DNA of 58,664 bases from a virus (Duplodnaviria; Caudoviricetes): positions 1 to 58,664 of the IMG/VR virus record IMGVR_UViG_3300025096_000019; one strand, 5' to 3'. The first letter of the stretch is position 1. Each line of letters starts with the position of its first letter. Shown in pieces: positions 52,101 through 57,864 of this stretch. The position numbers and the translations under genes are program-made. Under the pieces are notes generated by a model. It worked only from the letters and a program-made list of their open reading frames with translations. It had not been told where the DNA came from and searched no databases.

Positions 52101-53619
52101 CTAGATCTACTGTTTTCTTATTCCTATCAATAGATCTTATTACTGCATCAATTACAACAGATACATCTCCAACTAGAATATCTACAGTATCAAATTCGCC
52201 TAATGTAGGTTCTGTAATATCAGAGTATAATGTAAAGGTTGATCCACTTATATCTTTAATATTGTACCTAGAAGCAGTATTATAGATCCAACAGTTAGCA
52301 AGAATTTCCTTATTAGTTCTTAATCCCTCAGTAGGATTAGGAATGGCCTCCCCCACATTTTGTACTAAGATCCTTTCTCCTTCATTAGTTAACTTAATAT
52401 CGGAAATAGGAACAAATTTTGATAGAACACCAGTAATTCTTAATTCTACCTTTTCATTTAAATCACCATCTTCATATCCAAATATAACTTCATCAGATCT
52501 TAGATCAGTACCAATACCAATTGGATTAATAATATTAGTACAATTTAGGAATTGGTTAATAGTTTTACTAGTATATGATACTTCAGTATTAACTCCACAA
52601 ATAACTGTACCAGTATTACCAAATCCAATTGTAGAATCTACTGTAATAACAGATCCACCAGTGGCTACATCACCAATAACTCTTGTTTTTCCTGGTATAG
52701 TAAATGTACCTTCAATAAGATCTCTATCATTATATCCAACAAATAAACCTAATTTATAAAATACCTTTCCTTTTCTACTAAATGTCTCAACTTCCGATAC
52801 AGATGCATAAGTTCCACTATCAGTAGACTTAGTAATAGTCTGTCCTACTAAGTTCTTAGGGTTACCAGAAATTCTTTCTGCAACTATAACTTCTCTTCGA
52901 ATATAATCTGCTGCTGATGGTTTAATTAAATACTGTTCAAGATCAATTATCTTTGGATCAACACCAAATAATACATTAAATAAGATTCTAAATGATTCTT
53001 CTGTTCCTTTTGATAGGTATAACGACTTGGATTCTTTAATAAAATTACTAACATCCAGACTTTCTACAAAATCTACGTCTTCTAATCCAGGTGTTAAGTT
53101 AAATTTAAACTTTTTATAAAATTCTTTTAAGAATAATGCACTTAAATTTTGAACTTTTGACCCAGTAACATGAGTTGCTGCATTAGAAGTTGAAAAAACT
53201 AATTCTTTTGGTGCATTTGGTGCATGATAAGTCGTAATTCCACTAAAACCACGTTCACATCCAGTAAAACTATTAGTTGTTATGCCAGTATATGTGAAGA
53301 TTTCATCATTAATCTTGAAAAGACCATACTGATTTGGAAATCCTTTGGTACTAGCAACATCTATAGTAGTATTAGTTGTTGTAATTCCAACAGAAAGAGT
53401 AGTTCCATCACCAATTACTTCAGGAGTTAAATTATCTAATTTTAGATATTGATCTAAATTGTCAGCAATATCAATAGGACCACCTTGATATTCCTGCGAA
53501 ATGTAATATTGCTTTAAAAAATCAGCAGCTTTTGGACTCTCAGATAATACGAATTCTGGAAGCTGATTCTCAATAATCTGCTGAACTTTTACTTTGGTAT
53601 CAAACCCAGTTGAAATCAT
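40141..53619 (-). CDS. gp7: Baseplate wedge initiator gp7-like, 4492-aa multidomain protein
   Basis: Between gp6 and gp8; NQLPEFV, YLSKGT, DNDYYQNLSY...LLHTSGLKNF; carries many inserted domains. Confidence 0.88.
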   Translation of the reverse strand: MISTGFDTKVKVQQIIENQLPEFVLSESPKAADFLKQYYISQEYQGGPIDIADNLDQYLKLDNLTPEVIGDGTTLSVGITTTNTTIDVASTKGFPNQYGLFKINDEIFTYTGITTNSFTGCERGFSGITTYHAPNAPKELVFSTSNAATHVTGSKVQNLSALFLKEFYKKFKFNLTPGLEDVDFVESLDVSNFIKESKSLYLSKGTEESFRILFNVLFGVDPKIIDLEQYLIKPSAADYIRREVIVAERISGNPKNLVGQTITKSTDSGTYASVSEVETFSRKGKVFYKLGLFVGYNDRDLIEGTFTIPGKTRVIGDVATGGSVITVDSTIGFGNTGTVICGVNTEVSYTSKTINQFLNCTNIINPIGIGTDLRSDEVIFGYEDGDLNEKVELRITGVLSKFVPISDIKLTNEGERILVQNVGEAIPNPTEGLRTNKEILANCWIYNTASRYNIKDISGSTFTLYSDITEPTLGEFDTVDILVGDVSVVIDAVIRSIDRNKKTVDLDNLQGWTPTYGIKYDLRRSLKRAVSTGADLQFGNNILTSDVQNVYNDRDENIYVASNSLPSYAINENISFAEIADASGSSIQGFDGNTQKWSIISFPSAVPFITGDEVYYSPESTPINGLEEGIYYVRVLPNSNQIKLYTSRSFIHADGYVEFKPLSPGNGKQTFYLAVHKGKKVGSQQLLKKFPINSNIKSGSATKTVPGGVGLLKNGVEITNYKSDDKIYYGPLTGIDLLNGGSNYDILNPPTITIASPAMGTTSLSNPSVRGNVLEVQVDPQDFDIEKVLSVTITGGNGNGCSLEAQIPKRYRELTFDARITTQGGGVDINNEVLTFQQVHNLANGQALVYDKNGNDKLGIGVFKGNNTNQGTWLEDGNVYYPKVVGINTVQLYATSSDYTAGINTVGFTTIGTYGIHKFRLFEPKNTLESIKVLNPGSGYENRVINVKASGISTSSNIITFDNHGFNDGEKVWYTTSQSMSGLVSHSGFSTSTVHYQVIKIDDNSFRLANAGVGGTITSNYERGNYVRFDAVPTYITGTSITAWHTFKYPNIELNIDVEYSPVAAGRTTGITATPIVRGPIVDVQTYEVGTGYGSTVLNFEKKPTILIKNGKNAQLKPIITNNSVGIGTTSGSITAIDIQTGGEDYTSAPDLEVQGDGIGAKLRAVVTAGVITEVIILNSGVNYTEDKTSIKVNPAGLNALLEANIRGLSINKFKRFGGNNILEENGDILKYSSVGYSTAIGDQYFNDKANNHSPIIGWAYDGNPIYGPYGYTDPADKDSRIKILDTGYVDNTLNVVDRPSGFGDGFFVEDYKFDASGDLDESNGRFCKTGDYPDGVYAYFVGITSLTQSGDLEPKFPYFIGDTYRSIPVEDNFLIDQTNFDFNESNLIRNTFPYKVSDPYADNDFIVESNEYIDQVSIVDSVTKGSVDSFQIIEKGTGYAVGDQFKFDNTGTNGGGLNAFVDTVTGKSITSVDTSVETDQNVVFVYDNANQVSGYISTSHNLLSDDNVVISGLTTDVKSLTGSHRIGVDTGRTVLYKEVAANLTAAVGLVTDIYVAKIPQSVSVGSSIGIGTEKLSVINVFDQKNILRVKRGITATAHTVSTFVDLIPSYFSIPLKSLPIESQINEIVYFNPQESVGVGTDVGVSTTRNYTVGASMDAVSIPSQSIYLPNHPFKTNQKVKFTRKLNTNLTVAETPEKAAGGTTFGIPISGNEIDLYIINKSDHYIGVTTQVGLTTNTNGLFFITGGGDNFEYSLESQFAQITGNVQKITSKVAVSTAHNLSNLDEVELIFNPTNTVGIGTSTAVRLEYSSLKDRLLINPLSFAASGINTHTDIITIPNHALKTGDKVFYSANINAVGLAHSESYYVYRIDDSNIKLGETNSDVVKYPPTVIDLTTKGGSAQRLSLINPQISVINNNNLVFDLSHSSLSDYSLKLFYDADFKNEFVSTGSTDTFVVVGTPNTLTLNYSADNPVNLYYTLAKSGYISTSDTDVSNYSNINYIDSTYNDNYSIFGVDETNFSVSLREVPENLSYTTSNTDTLKYLTKAKSARGGVERINIGFGGFGYKRLPTLVSIASTNGKDAEVLPQSTTISRIDSVRIQDPGFEYASDKTLRPEAYVPPLVSLIDSTTIESVDVLDGGKNYLTAPNVIVVDPETGKKDISGILEANLYGTSIKSVEVIASPKGLTSLEQTILTVNNSNGVTIQTVTGPQTGAQTGVVTCVLVTPISGFTTVTAPFATNDKIFVEGIVKDSDYGTGYNSVDNGYKFFTISEYRNTNPAELEFDLSSITTHPGVAITNQQSYASVVNYNNYPKFTTVQSSTPFQIGEYLSVFLNGQYSNVDLVVTAIENDSIKVSGTYRLTKNDVIRGAASGSVATVNTLTNNFARFDIDYSLRQDKGWKTDTGKLGEDFQRLPDNDYYQNLSYTVKSPITYENLVNPVNRLLHTSGLKNFADVGITSSTSAGIGSNTNATNIVRDIIDEKRVDTINNLDLVVDKDSRNNRSKFIKFNSIKLSDYIQCDTNRVLDLDDISSKFSKSDETQLPYTEISINDEYSRFLVQVKDPNSNDIQITELITYGDANDGFSLEKANLYNTTEELGQVTGDISNGVRTLRFLPKDEFTTDYDIKVYENKFINDLAGIGTESFGFIDLTGVNRVVGVGSTAEIIADPITNLNSYFASIEVVNATAGDKNLVEMLITHDGTNSYTSDYYTDTQESNGYSSNFIGTFTSKIDSGVLSLDYYNDTSDEILVRSKVVGFGTTAVGIGTYRFKAVNQLAGTEKSLRLESNYYNIASASHGTAVGSVVGINSSDVSVVKSTVRVSSGSTIAIHQSLMLHDGSNVYLTEYPILSIGHTGGMGNLVPQLNNNGLFLQFNPASDINGQSVDVQRFDEIIYDASDDLNTPPVLVYGSIIESLSLMEYNSKNGARINRTEFDLTHNSVPVFQKTFDPGTVSVGATAGNFNLPDHFFNTGEKLTYSYTSTYAGITGSAIQVAGAANLPATVYAIKTNKDVFKVATTRANALAGTAITFSGIGTGNAHSFTMDKRLEKSLLTVDGIIQSPIAYSPVNTTISPNNGAQISAGSSIFGVAGISSITTGNLLKVEDEYMKVISVGIGSTTVGPISGFGSENIIKVERGVVGSTASTHARNTAIRVYTGSYNIVGSKIHFTDPPKGNPVSTKNSSNLDYPRSTFSGRVYLRNDYSANKIYDDISSEFTGIGQTYRVSVGGANTTGIQTGSSIVLINGMFQRPSTINNAGNNYEYIEGGNPGISSVVFTGISSTNGDVIQSQTDVNLNQLPRGGVIVSLGSTGGLGIAPLVGAGITVGINASGVINAVGWGTTSPYGYGSGYMGSTVAIGVTDIAYDHTFVSASSGAVTGTGGPFTPTNAQYTAKTGILVLTIPNHGRSGGNVQLVNNSLTFTCSRDFHATQHTYPRSTDPAANGNNLTITIIDDDTFSVGVGTGGGSGAGANITASVGAGGTLHTLNIAAGGTRYIDPVVIVPQPSYDNIPLSGVSRLGIGATTDTGSSLLVSLEVGPNSGVGSDNKFSDAADLIEKNKLFIGDLSARRMKDKFTSYSYPGGFTEQDCIDDVVDVLEATAHNLRYGGNDMTVDAAKLYLHQSLGGTYAAPGAAPPVEGEEEQVIYAMREAATMATQAMRNEKISAQTAAQYTHTFVSAASTALYMKNDAGVGIGTTTPSTATYDAGTGDLVLTIPNNIYRVNGPNFHTVTDADYTPTSGIMTVTIANHGFENGDWVKFADNSLAFECDADGRATKHTYPRLNDPFRRTWVQISNKTTNTFRVNIGISPDISTHYFDSATTSGLSKAQNVIGISSGGLTFKCDRDNNATNHSYPRTTDPYYNVNVAVAATSKSGSNDLITINVGVSDTALTTRTQVVDNSITIDQSGTPACATVASAIHTLVGIVTVAIGNSTVPSRTPSDLALHEVKSFKITRSGFGYEIGDVMTPVGIPTDRGVGIFREPFELTVLDTFNDRFSSWNFGEFDYIDSVVDLQDGNRKRYPLNYNGELLSFEIDANDPESSLIELDQLLLIFINGVLQVPGDAYTFTGGTSFDFTVAPNPKDKVSIFFYRGTSGSDSNLVTNINPSIKSGDVVRVHKTDGSNGITTTQGLRTVFTVASSDSIETNLYDGNGIDESIFRGLEWTKQKVDGFVNGEAVYKTRLSIEPQVYPTAKIIRDFSTTDTQLFVDDAQFFKYEENDPNTSITTADFGSIIIDGSSPVVAGLTAVVSAAGTISSLNVTSGGSGYVGATTSISISAPHAIGVGIGTTATATATITNGSIASATVVNPGFGYTTIAPPQVLAPYPNKTYYENIDVVGNIQGFTGIITGIRQSSGIGTALGIEFILKSGVAYGNLVAGYPVLVSGTTIGAGATSTYSRDADVIGIGVTFLDNVYNVSAWDSTAGIITCNVDSTSPIIGIGTTGSTPVGNVSWGRFYNITRLAGAIAIGVTGLTVDSGLSTYPTIQRRDEGLRGLGALREHLGA

Positions 53620-53621
53620 AT

Positions 53622-55544
53622 CTATCCTCTTATTAATTCCCCGTTTGTATAACTTGACGTAACTTTAAATCCAACACCTGATATCTGTTCGCCGGATGTA
53701 ATAGTGTCCTTAACCATATTTATTGTACTATTAGAAATGTCAAAATTTAGGTATAAATCCTTCAATCCAATAACATCATTTGATTCTGGATATGCTTGAA
53801 CTTCCACAATATTATTTGGTTGTGTAGTTTCAGTAATGTTAATTGTTGTAAGAATTACCTCACCTTTCTTATAATCAACTGTTCCAGCAGATTTTACAAC
53901 AACAGTTTCACTATTATTATCCAAATTGCGTTTAACAACTGACAATACACCCTTCATGCTCCCATCAAGATTACCATTAGAATCTTTATTAGGAATATCC
54001 GTTAGATAAACAGTATCGGTTTCACCAGAAACTTTAAATCCAGTACTCTTAATATTCAATCCTTTGGAGTTGATGTGGAATTGATTACCATAACATAATT
54101 CATATTGGGCATTTGTATTCAACATTGCCTTCAAATTCCTTCTCATTTTAACTATAGTAATGTTTGAAGTTATTGCGCCATCAATATTATCAACTACATT
54201 CAGAACTTTACTATACTTAAATCGTCCACCAAACTTATTAATATCTTTTGATGATGCATAAGTTGTTAATCCATCGATGATTTTAGATTTAAGGTCTCCA
54301 ATAGTACTGACTTGTGCAGAATTGTAGTAAACACCTGATTCTATTTCAACATAGAGTAATTTAAGATCCAAGATATGCTGATTAATACCTGCCAAAGAAT
54401 ATCCTTTTAAATCTGTAAGGATTTGATTCTTATCAAAATCAGATACAGTATCACCATTTTTTGGTTTAATTGTAATCAAGACTGTTCCAAATTGTGGAGG
54501 ATCTAACTCTTCACCACCTACAACAGCAACAGATTCTGTCATTGGATAGATCTGTTGTACTATCGTCTCATAATCCCTTGCTGTAACCGCCCTGTACTGT
54601 GATGAATACAGTCTAGGAGCAAAGTACTTAACTGAGTCTATAGACTCAATATCGCCGCCATTAGAAGCATTTTGAACAGTATAGATTTGTGGAGTGTTCG
54701 TTGGTGTAATAAGATTACCATCAGAATTAGCAACACTACCCGTATATACAAAATTAGATGGTCCATTACCACCTTTACCATTGGTAACAATATAGTCAAC
54801 AGTAATTACAGTACCATCTTCTAATTTTTTACCAAATATTCCATCACCAAAGAGTAATTCATACTTCTCATCCTGAATTTCTTGGATAAGATATGTCTCT
54901 GATGTTGAATTAATGTTTAAAATATTATCTACTTTCTTATATTCTACTCCAACACCTGTATCAGCAAGACCTTTAACATAGGTAACTATTGTTGAGGTGT
55001 CAATAAACGAATTATCTAATAAGAATCTTTGATCTAATGATCCATCGACTATGAATTGGTTACGTAAGTATGTACCTTCATATATCTTGATAGGGCTATC
55101 TATTGTACCAAAAGTTGCAATACCTTGACTATTCACTGTAGTAGTAATAGTTTCTGGTACTGAAAATGTATACGTTGTATCATCCTGAGCACCAACACAC
55201 ACCAAACCTGGTTGTAAGGTCAATGAAGGTGTGTTAGACGTTGTTTCAATGTCAAACACTACATGTGCCGTAGAAGCAGTCCTAGAACGAGGAACATACC
55301 CCACATTTCGTGCTAATGAAACAACATTTTCACGTAAAACTGCTGAATCCAAGAAGGATTCATTTACAATCATATTAGAATTATATGCTGTAATATAAGT
55401 ATTATACGCTAATGTGTCAATTAAGACTGATAAATTAGATCCTTCGAAGTCAAAGTCGGTAAAATCCGAATTTGCACGGATATAATCTTTGATAGAGGAC
55501 TTTATTTGATCAAAGTCTAGATTAGAAAATTTTGTAAAAGGCAT
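53622..55544 (-). CDS. gp6: Baseplate wedge protein gp6
   Basis: LDFDQIK, FDFEGS, NESFLDSA, FGDGIFG, RAVTARDY. Confidence 0.96.
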   Translation of the reverse strand: MPFTKFSNLDFDQIKSSIKDYIRANSDFTDFDFEGSNLSVLIDTLAYNTYITAYNSNMIVNESFLDSAVLRENVVSLARNVGYVPRSRTASTAHVVFDIETTSNTPSLTLQPGLVCVGAQDDTTYTFSVPETITTTVNSQGIATFGTIDSPIKIYEGTYLRNQFIVDGSLDQRFLLDNSFIDTSTIVTYVKGLADTGVGVEYKKVDNILNINSTSETYLIQEIQDEKYELLFGDGIFGKKLEDGTVITVDYIVTNGKGGNGPSNFVYTGSVANSDGNLITPTNTPQIYTVQNASNGGDIESIDSVKYFAPRLYSSQYRAVTARDYETIVQQIYPMTESVAVVGGEELDPPQFGTVLITIKPKNGDTVSDFDKNQILTDLKGYSLAGINQHILDLKLLYVEIESGVYYNSAQVSTIGDLKSKIIDGLTTYASSKDINKFGGRFKYSKVLNVVDNIDGAITSNITIVKMRRNLKAMLNTNAQYELCYGNQFHINSKGLNIKSTGFKVSGETDTVYLTDIPNKDSNGNLDGSMKGVLSVVKRNLDNNSETVVVKSAGTVDYKKGEVILTTINITETTQPNNIVEVQAYPESNDVIGLKDLYLNFDISNSTINMVKDTITSGEQISGVGFKVTSSYTNGELIRG

Positions 55545-55545
55545 A

Positions 55546-55947
55546 TTACCTTGTTGCTTCTAGCATGAATGAGAATTCTTGTGTTGGAAAATCTTGTCCT
55601 ACTATATTAAAGAATACAGTAACTTCAAATGAATTATCATCTGGACGGGGTTCCACTTCAACGTCTACATCTTCTACCCGTGGTTCAAAATTCTGTATCG
55701 TTATTTCAATTTGACGTTGAATAACTGATGCAGTACCATAATCACAAAATTCAAATAGACTATCACGAACCTCAGAACCTAAAACGGAGTTAAAGAATCT
55801 TTCAGTTGGTATAGTTTCAACTAGATTCCTTACAGAACGCTTAATTGCATTCTCATTTTTGAGTATTAGTATGTCTTTAGTTACTGGATGTTGTTCAAAA
55901 GACAAACTAATATCTTTAAATGATCTAGATATCCTCTGAATGGTCAT
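55546..55947 (-). CDS. gp25: Baseplate wedge subunit gp25
   Basis: FKDISLSF, AIKRSVRNLV, ERFF, NFEPRV. Confidence 0.95.
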   Translation of the reverse strand: MTIQRISRSFKDISLSFEQHPVTKDILILKNENAIKRSVRNLVETIPTERFFNSVLGSEVRDSLFEFCDYGTASVIQRQIEITIQNFEPRVEDVDVEVEPRPDDNSFEVTVFFNIVGQDFPTQEFSFMLEATR

Positions 55948-55969
55948 ATGAACGAGAGTTTTCTTGCTT

Positions 55970-55976
55970 TATTTAT
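55970..55976 (-). promoter_or_regulatory. Late promoter for gp25-gp6-gp7
   Basis: ATAAATA 22 nt upstream of gp25. Confidence 0.7.
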
Positions 55977-56134
55977 GCTATTTCTTTGGAATTAATGTCA
56001 TCGTGCATAACTTCCTGAATAACACGCTTCTTTTTAGCACCATTTCCGGTCCATGATAACGTCATGTTTCCTTCCTCTGGTCTATTCACAGTGTTGGGAG
56101 TATCCCATCTTTCTTTGATGTCTGGTTCAATCAT
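55973..56134 (-). CDS. Small hypothetical protein (53 aa)
   Basis: Not in track. MIEPDIKERWDTP...IQEVMHDDINSKEIA; AAGGA Shine-Dalgarno and AATAAATA upstream. Confidence 0.7.
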   Translation of the reverse strand: MIEPDIKERWDTPNTVNRPEEGNMTLSWTGNGAKKKRVIQEVMHDDINSKEIA

Positions 56135-56155
56135 TAATTTTGTCCTTAATAAATT

Positions 56156-56163
56156 TATTTATT
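56156..56163 (-). promoter_or_regulatory. Late promoter opening the structural block
   Basis: AATAAATA immediately after the terminator. Confidence 0.7.
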
Positions 56164-56188
56164 AAAAAAGTGTCCCTTTCGAGACACT
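56164..56188 (-). terminator. Rho-independent terminator
   Basis: Minus strand AGTGTCTC-GAAA-GGGACACT-TTTTT: 8-bp stem with one G.U pair, GNRA loop, U-tract. Confidence 0.88.
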
Positions 56189-56192
56189 GCGG

Positions 56193-56345
56193 TTATTTTC
56201 CTTGCCCACGAGACGGTTTTCGAGCCGAGTTACGCGATGTTGAAACGTATTTAGTATGCTTCCCTTTACCCTGACGAGTCTTCTTAGGAGGCGCAGAGAA
56301 GCAATCAGTACTCCCCCATGAACCAGTCGTTGATTTCTTAGCCAT
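56193..56345 (-). CDS. Small, highly basic protein (50 aa)
   Basis: Not in track. MAKKSTTGSWGSTDCFSAPPKKTRQGKGKHTKYVSTSRNSARKPSRGQGK; ends just before the terminator. Confidence 0.78.
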   Translation of the reverse strand: MAKKSTTGSWGSTDCFSAPPKKTRQGKGKHTKYVSTSRNSARKPSRGQGK

Positions 56346-56510
56346 TTAATTCTTCTCCGTTAGTACAGTTTTAATCTCACTGGAATTTGGAGAACCTGTC
56401 TGATAAAATTCAATCGCCAGATCCTCCATGATACGAAAGTATTCTCCTTCTGTAAGATCGGAGTATACCTTTTTGCCCTTAATAATAATATTATAGGCGG
56501 TCTGTTTCAC
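56346..56510 (-). CDS. Small hypothetical protein (54 aa)
   Basis: GTG start overlapping the TAG of the upstream gene; YSDLTEGEYFRIMEDLAIEFYQTG. Confidence 0.7.
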   Translation of the reverse strand: MKQTAYNIIIKGKKVYSDLTEGEYFRIMEDLAIEFYQTGSPNSSEIKTVLTEKN

Positions 56511-57268
56511 TAGATAATCCTCATCTTCTCGTGCCCAACTCTGATACGTGGATCGCACCAGATTTCGAAGCCAGCTTCTTTTGCATCCAGACAGAAGGAT
56601 ACGTCTTCTCCACACATGTCCTGTACTTCACCACTCTCAAAGACTTGCATCTTTGGTGCAAACCAAGGATATGGCATCTCTTCATGTTCAAATACACCCT
56701 TCTTAATTAATAACCATCCAAAACCACTGTAGTCAACAGTAAAAGGCTTCTTACGCTTACTAATACTTTCTACTGTTTCATGATTCATGACTCCACCAGA
56801 CTTTCTGAAATCGTCCTCTTCTAACCAATGAGCAACTGATGTAGTCTTCCCATCCTCTGTTGCATACCATCCACCAGCAATATCTTGATCCATACACAAT
56901 AATTGCCAGAATTTCTCAGAATTAAATACGATGTCACTGTCAATCCATAGTTGCCAGTCATATTTCAATTTCCCATCCCAAGGTAATTGATCAGGTCCTC
57001 TGAGAACATTCGCACCAAGACATTTACATCTTGCGAAATTCACCATACTTGAATAATCTTGACTGATTTGAATACTTGCACCACTCTGCACCAGATCAAA
57101 ACAGAGCTGAACGAAACTCTTTAAAAATGTATATGAAACTCCTCTACCAGGCAGACAGAATACGATCGTTTTCCCTCTGACCATCTCTTTGGCAGCATCA
57201 TAATCCCATTCAGGTTCTTTTTTACTTGCAGTAGGGTTTTTTGCTTTTACTGTAAATCCTTTTGCCAT
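56510..57268 (-). CDS. GT-A fold glycosyltransferase-like protein
   Basis: WIDSD (DxD), VDYSGFGWLLI, PWF, GEDVSFC, VGHEK. Confidence 0.8.
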   Translation of the reverse strand: MAKGFTVKAKNPTASKKEPEWDYDAAKEMVRGKTIVFCLPGRGVSYTFLKSFVQLCFDLVQSGASIQISQDYSSMVNFARCKCLGANVLRGPDQLPWDGKLKYDWQLWIDSDIVFNSEKFWQLLCMDQDIAGGWYATEDGKTTSVAHWLEEDDFRKSGGVMNHETVESISKRKKPFTVDYSGFGWLLIKKGVFEHEEMPYPWFAPKMQVFESGEVQDMCGEDVSFCLDAKEAGFEIWCDPRIRVGHEKMRII

Positions 57269-57292
57269 AATCCTTTGATTTCCTTCAAGTCA

Positions 57293-57321
57293 ATTATATC
57301 AGTTTATATAGCAATTGTCAA
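57293..57321 (-). promoter_or_regulatory. Perfect-consensus sigma70 promoter for the glycosyltransferase operon
   Basis: TTGACA-17 nt-TATAAT exactly. Confidence 0.9.
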
Positions 57322-57491
57322 TCTTCTTTTTCACTTATTATAATATCTCCACTGTCTTCATGTATATTCAATGAGGTCCCTTCGTACCATCCATTATCAT
57401 TTACAATCCACTCAGGTATGATAGTAAAATACTCCCCAGTTACGGGATCAATCTCTATCGTCGTAAAATTTTCATCGGAATTTTTTTTCAT
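57318..57491 (-). CDS. AbrB/MazE/SpoVT-like small protein (57 aa)
   Basis: Not in track. MKKNSDENFTTIEIDPVTGEYFTIIPEWIVNDNGWYEGTSLNIHEDSGDIIISEKED fits the I-P-x2-I-x4-GW-x-EG-x2-L swapped-hairpin pattern. Confidence 0.7.
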   Translation of the reverse strand: MKKNSDENFTTIEIDPVTGEYFTIIPEWIVNDNGWYEGTSLNIHEDSGDIIISEKED

Positions 57492-57660
57492 ATAAAATAT
57501 TCCCTATTTCGAAATTATATAGTACTGGGAATTTTTTCAAGTTGCTTGGAATTTATAGATGCCTTCCGTAACACTTTGTAGACTAAGGGATCCTTCCGTT
57601 TTAATATACGGGGGCGGCGGACGCGAACGACTGTCAAATCACGAACGAATGACTGCCCAT

Positions 57661-57687
57661 AAAAAAAGCACCCTTGCTAGGGGTGCT
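57661..57687 (-). terminator. Rho-independent terminator closing the early region
   Basis: AGCACCC-N7-GGGTGCT followed by a T-run on the minus strand. Confidence 0.85.
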
Positions 57688-57701
57688 CTGTATGCTATAA
57701 T
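57674..57701 (+). promoter_or_regulatory. Candidate antisense promoter embedded in the terminator
   Basis: TTGCTA (57674-57679), 16 nt, TATAAT (57696-57701) with extended -10 TG. Confidence 0.5.
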
Positions 57702-57708
57702 GGTTTAA

Positions 57709-57810
57709 TCAACCATTTTGTGCTTCGTAATCGATTTGCTCAAGGATTTCTCTAACCTCATCTGCTGTGGTCGCAGTTTCAAGAGCAAAAAGAGCAGCGT
57801 CGCGTGACAT
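57709..57810 (-). CDS. 33-aa acidic peptide
   Basis: Not in track. MSRDAALFALETATTADEVREILEQIDYEAQNG, ending just before the terminator. Confidence 0.6.
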   Translation of the reverse strand: MSRDAALFALETATTADEVREILEQIDYEAQNG

Positions 57811-57828
57811 AATAAAAAAGCGGTGTTT

Positions 57829-57864
57829 ACGGGTGGGTGTCTTTGAGGCGCATCCCATTCCTGT
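57829..57864. other. Intergenic GC-rich stem-loop (candidate structured RNA element)
   Basis: GGGTGGG-TGTCT-TTG-AGGCG-CAT-CCCATTC can pair, with several G.U pairs, on the plus strand. Confidence 0.45.

Noticed and set aside
57568-57581. GTA-N8-TAG resembling an NtcA box
   Set aside because: The right half-site is TAG rather than TAC, and there is no convincing correctly spaced -10.
57829-57864. Resemblance of TGGGATGCGCCTC to a c-di-GMP-I riboswitch segment
   Set aside because: The GCAAA/GAAA tetraloop-receptor elements and second stem are absent; kept only as an unassigned hairpin.
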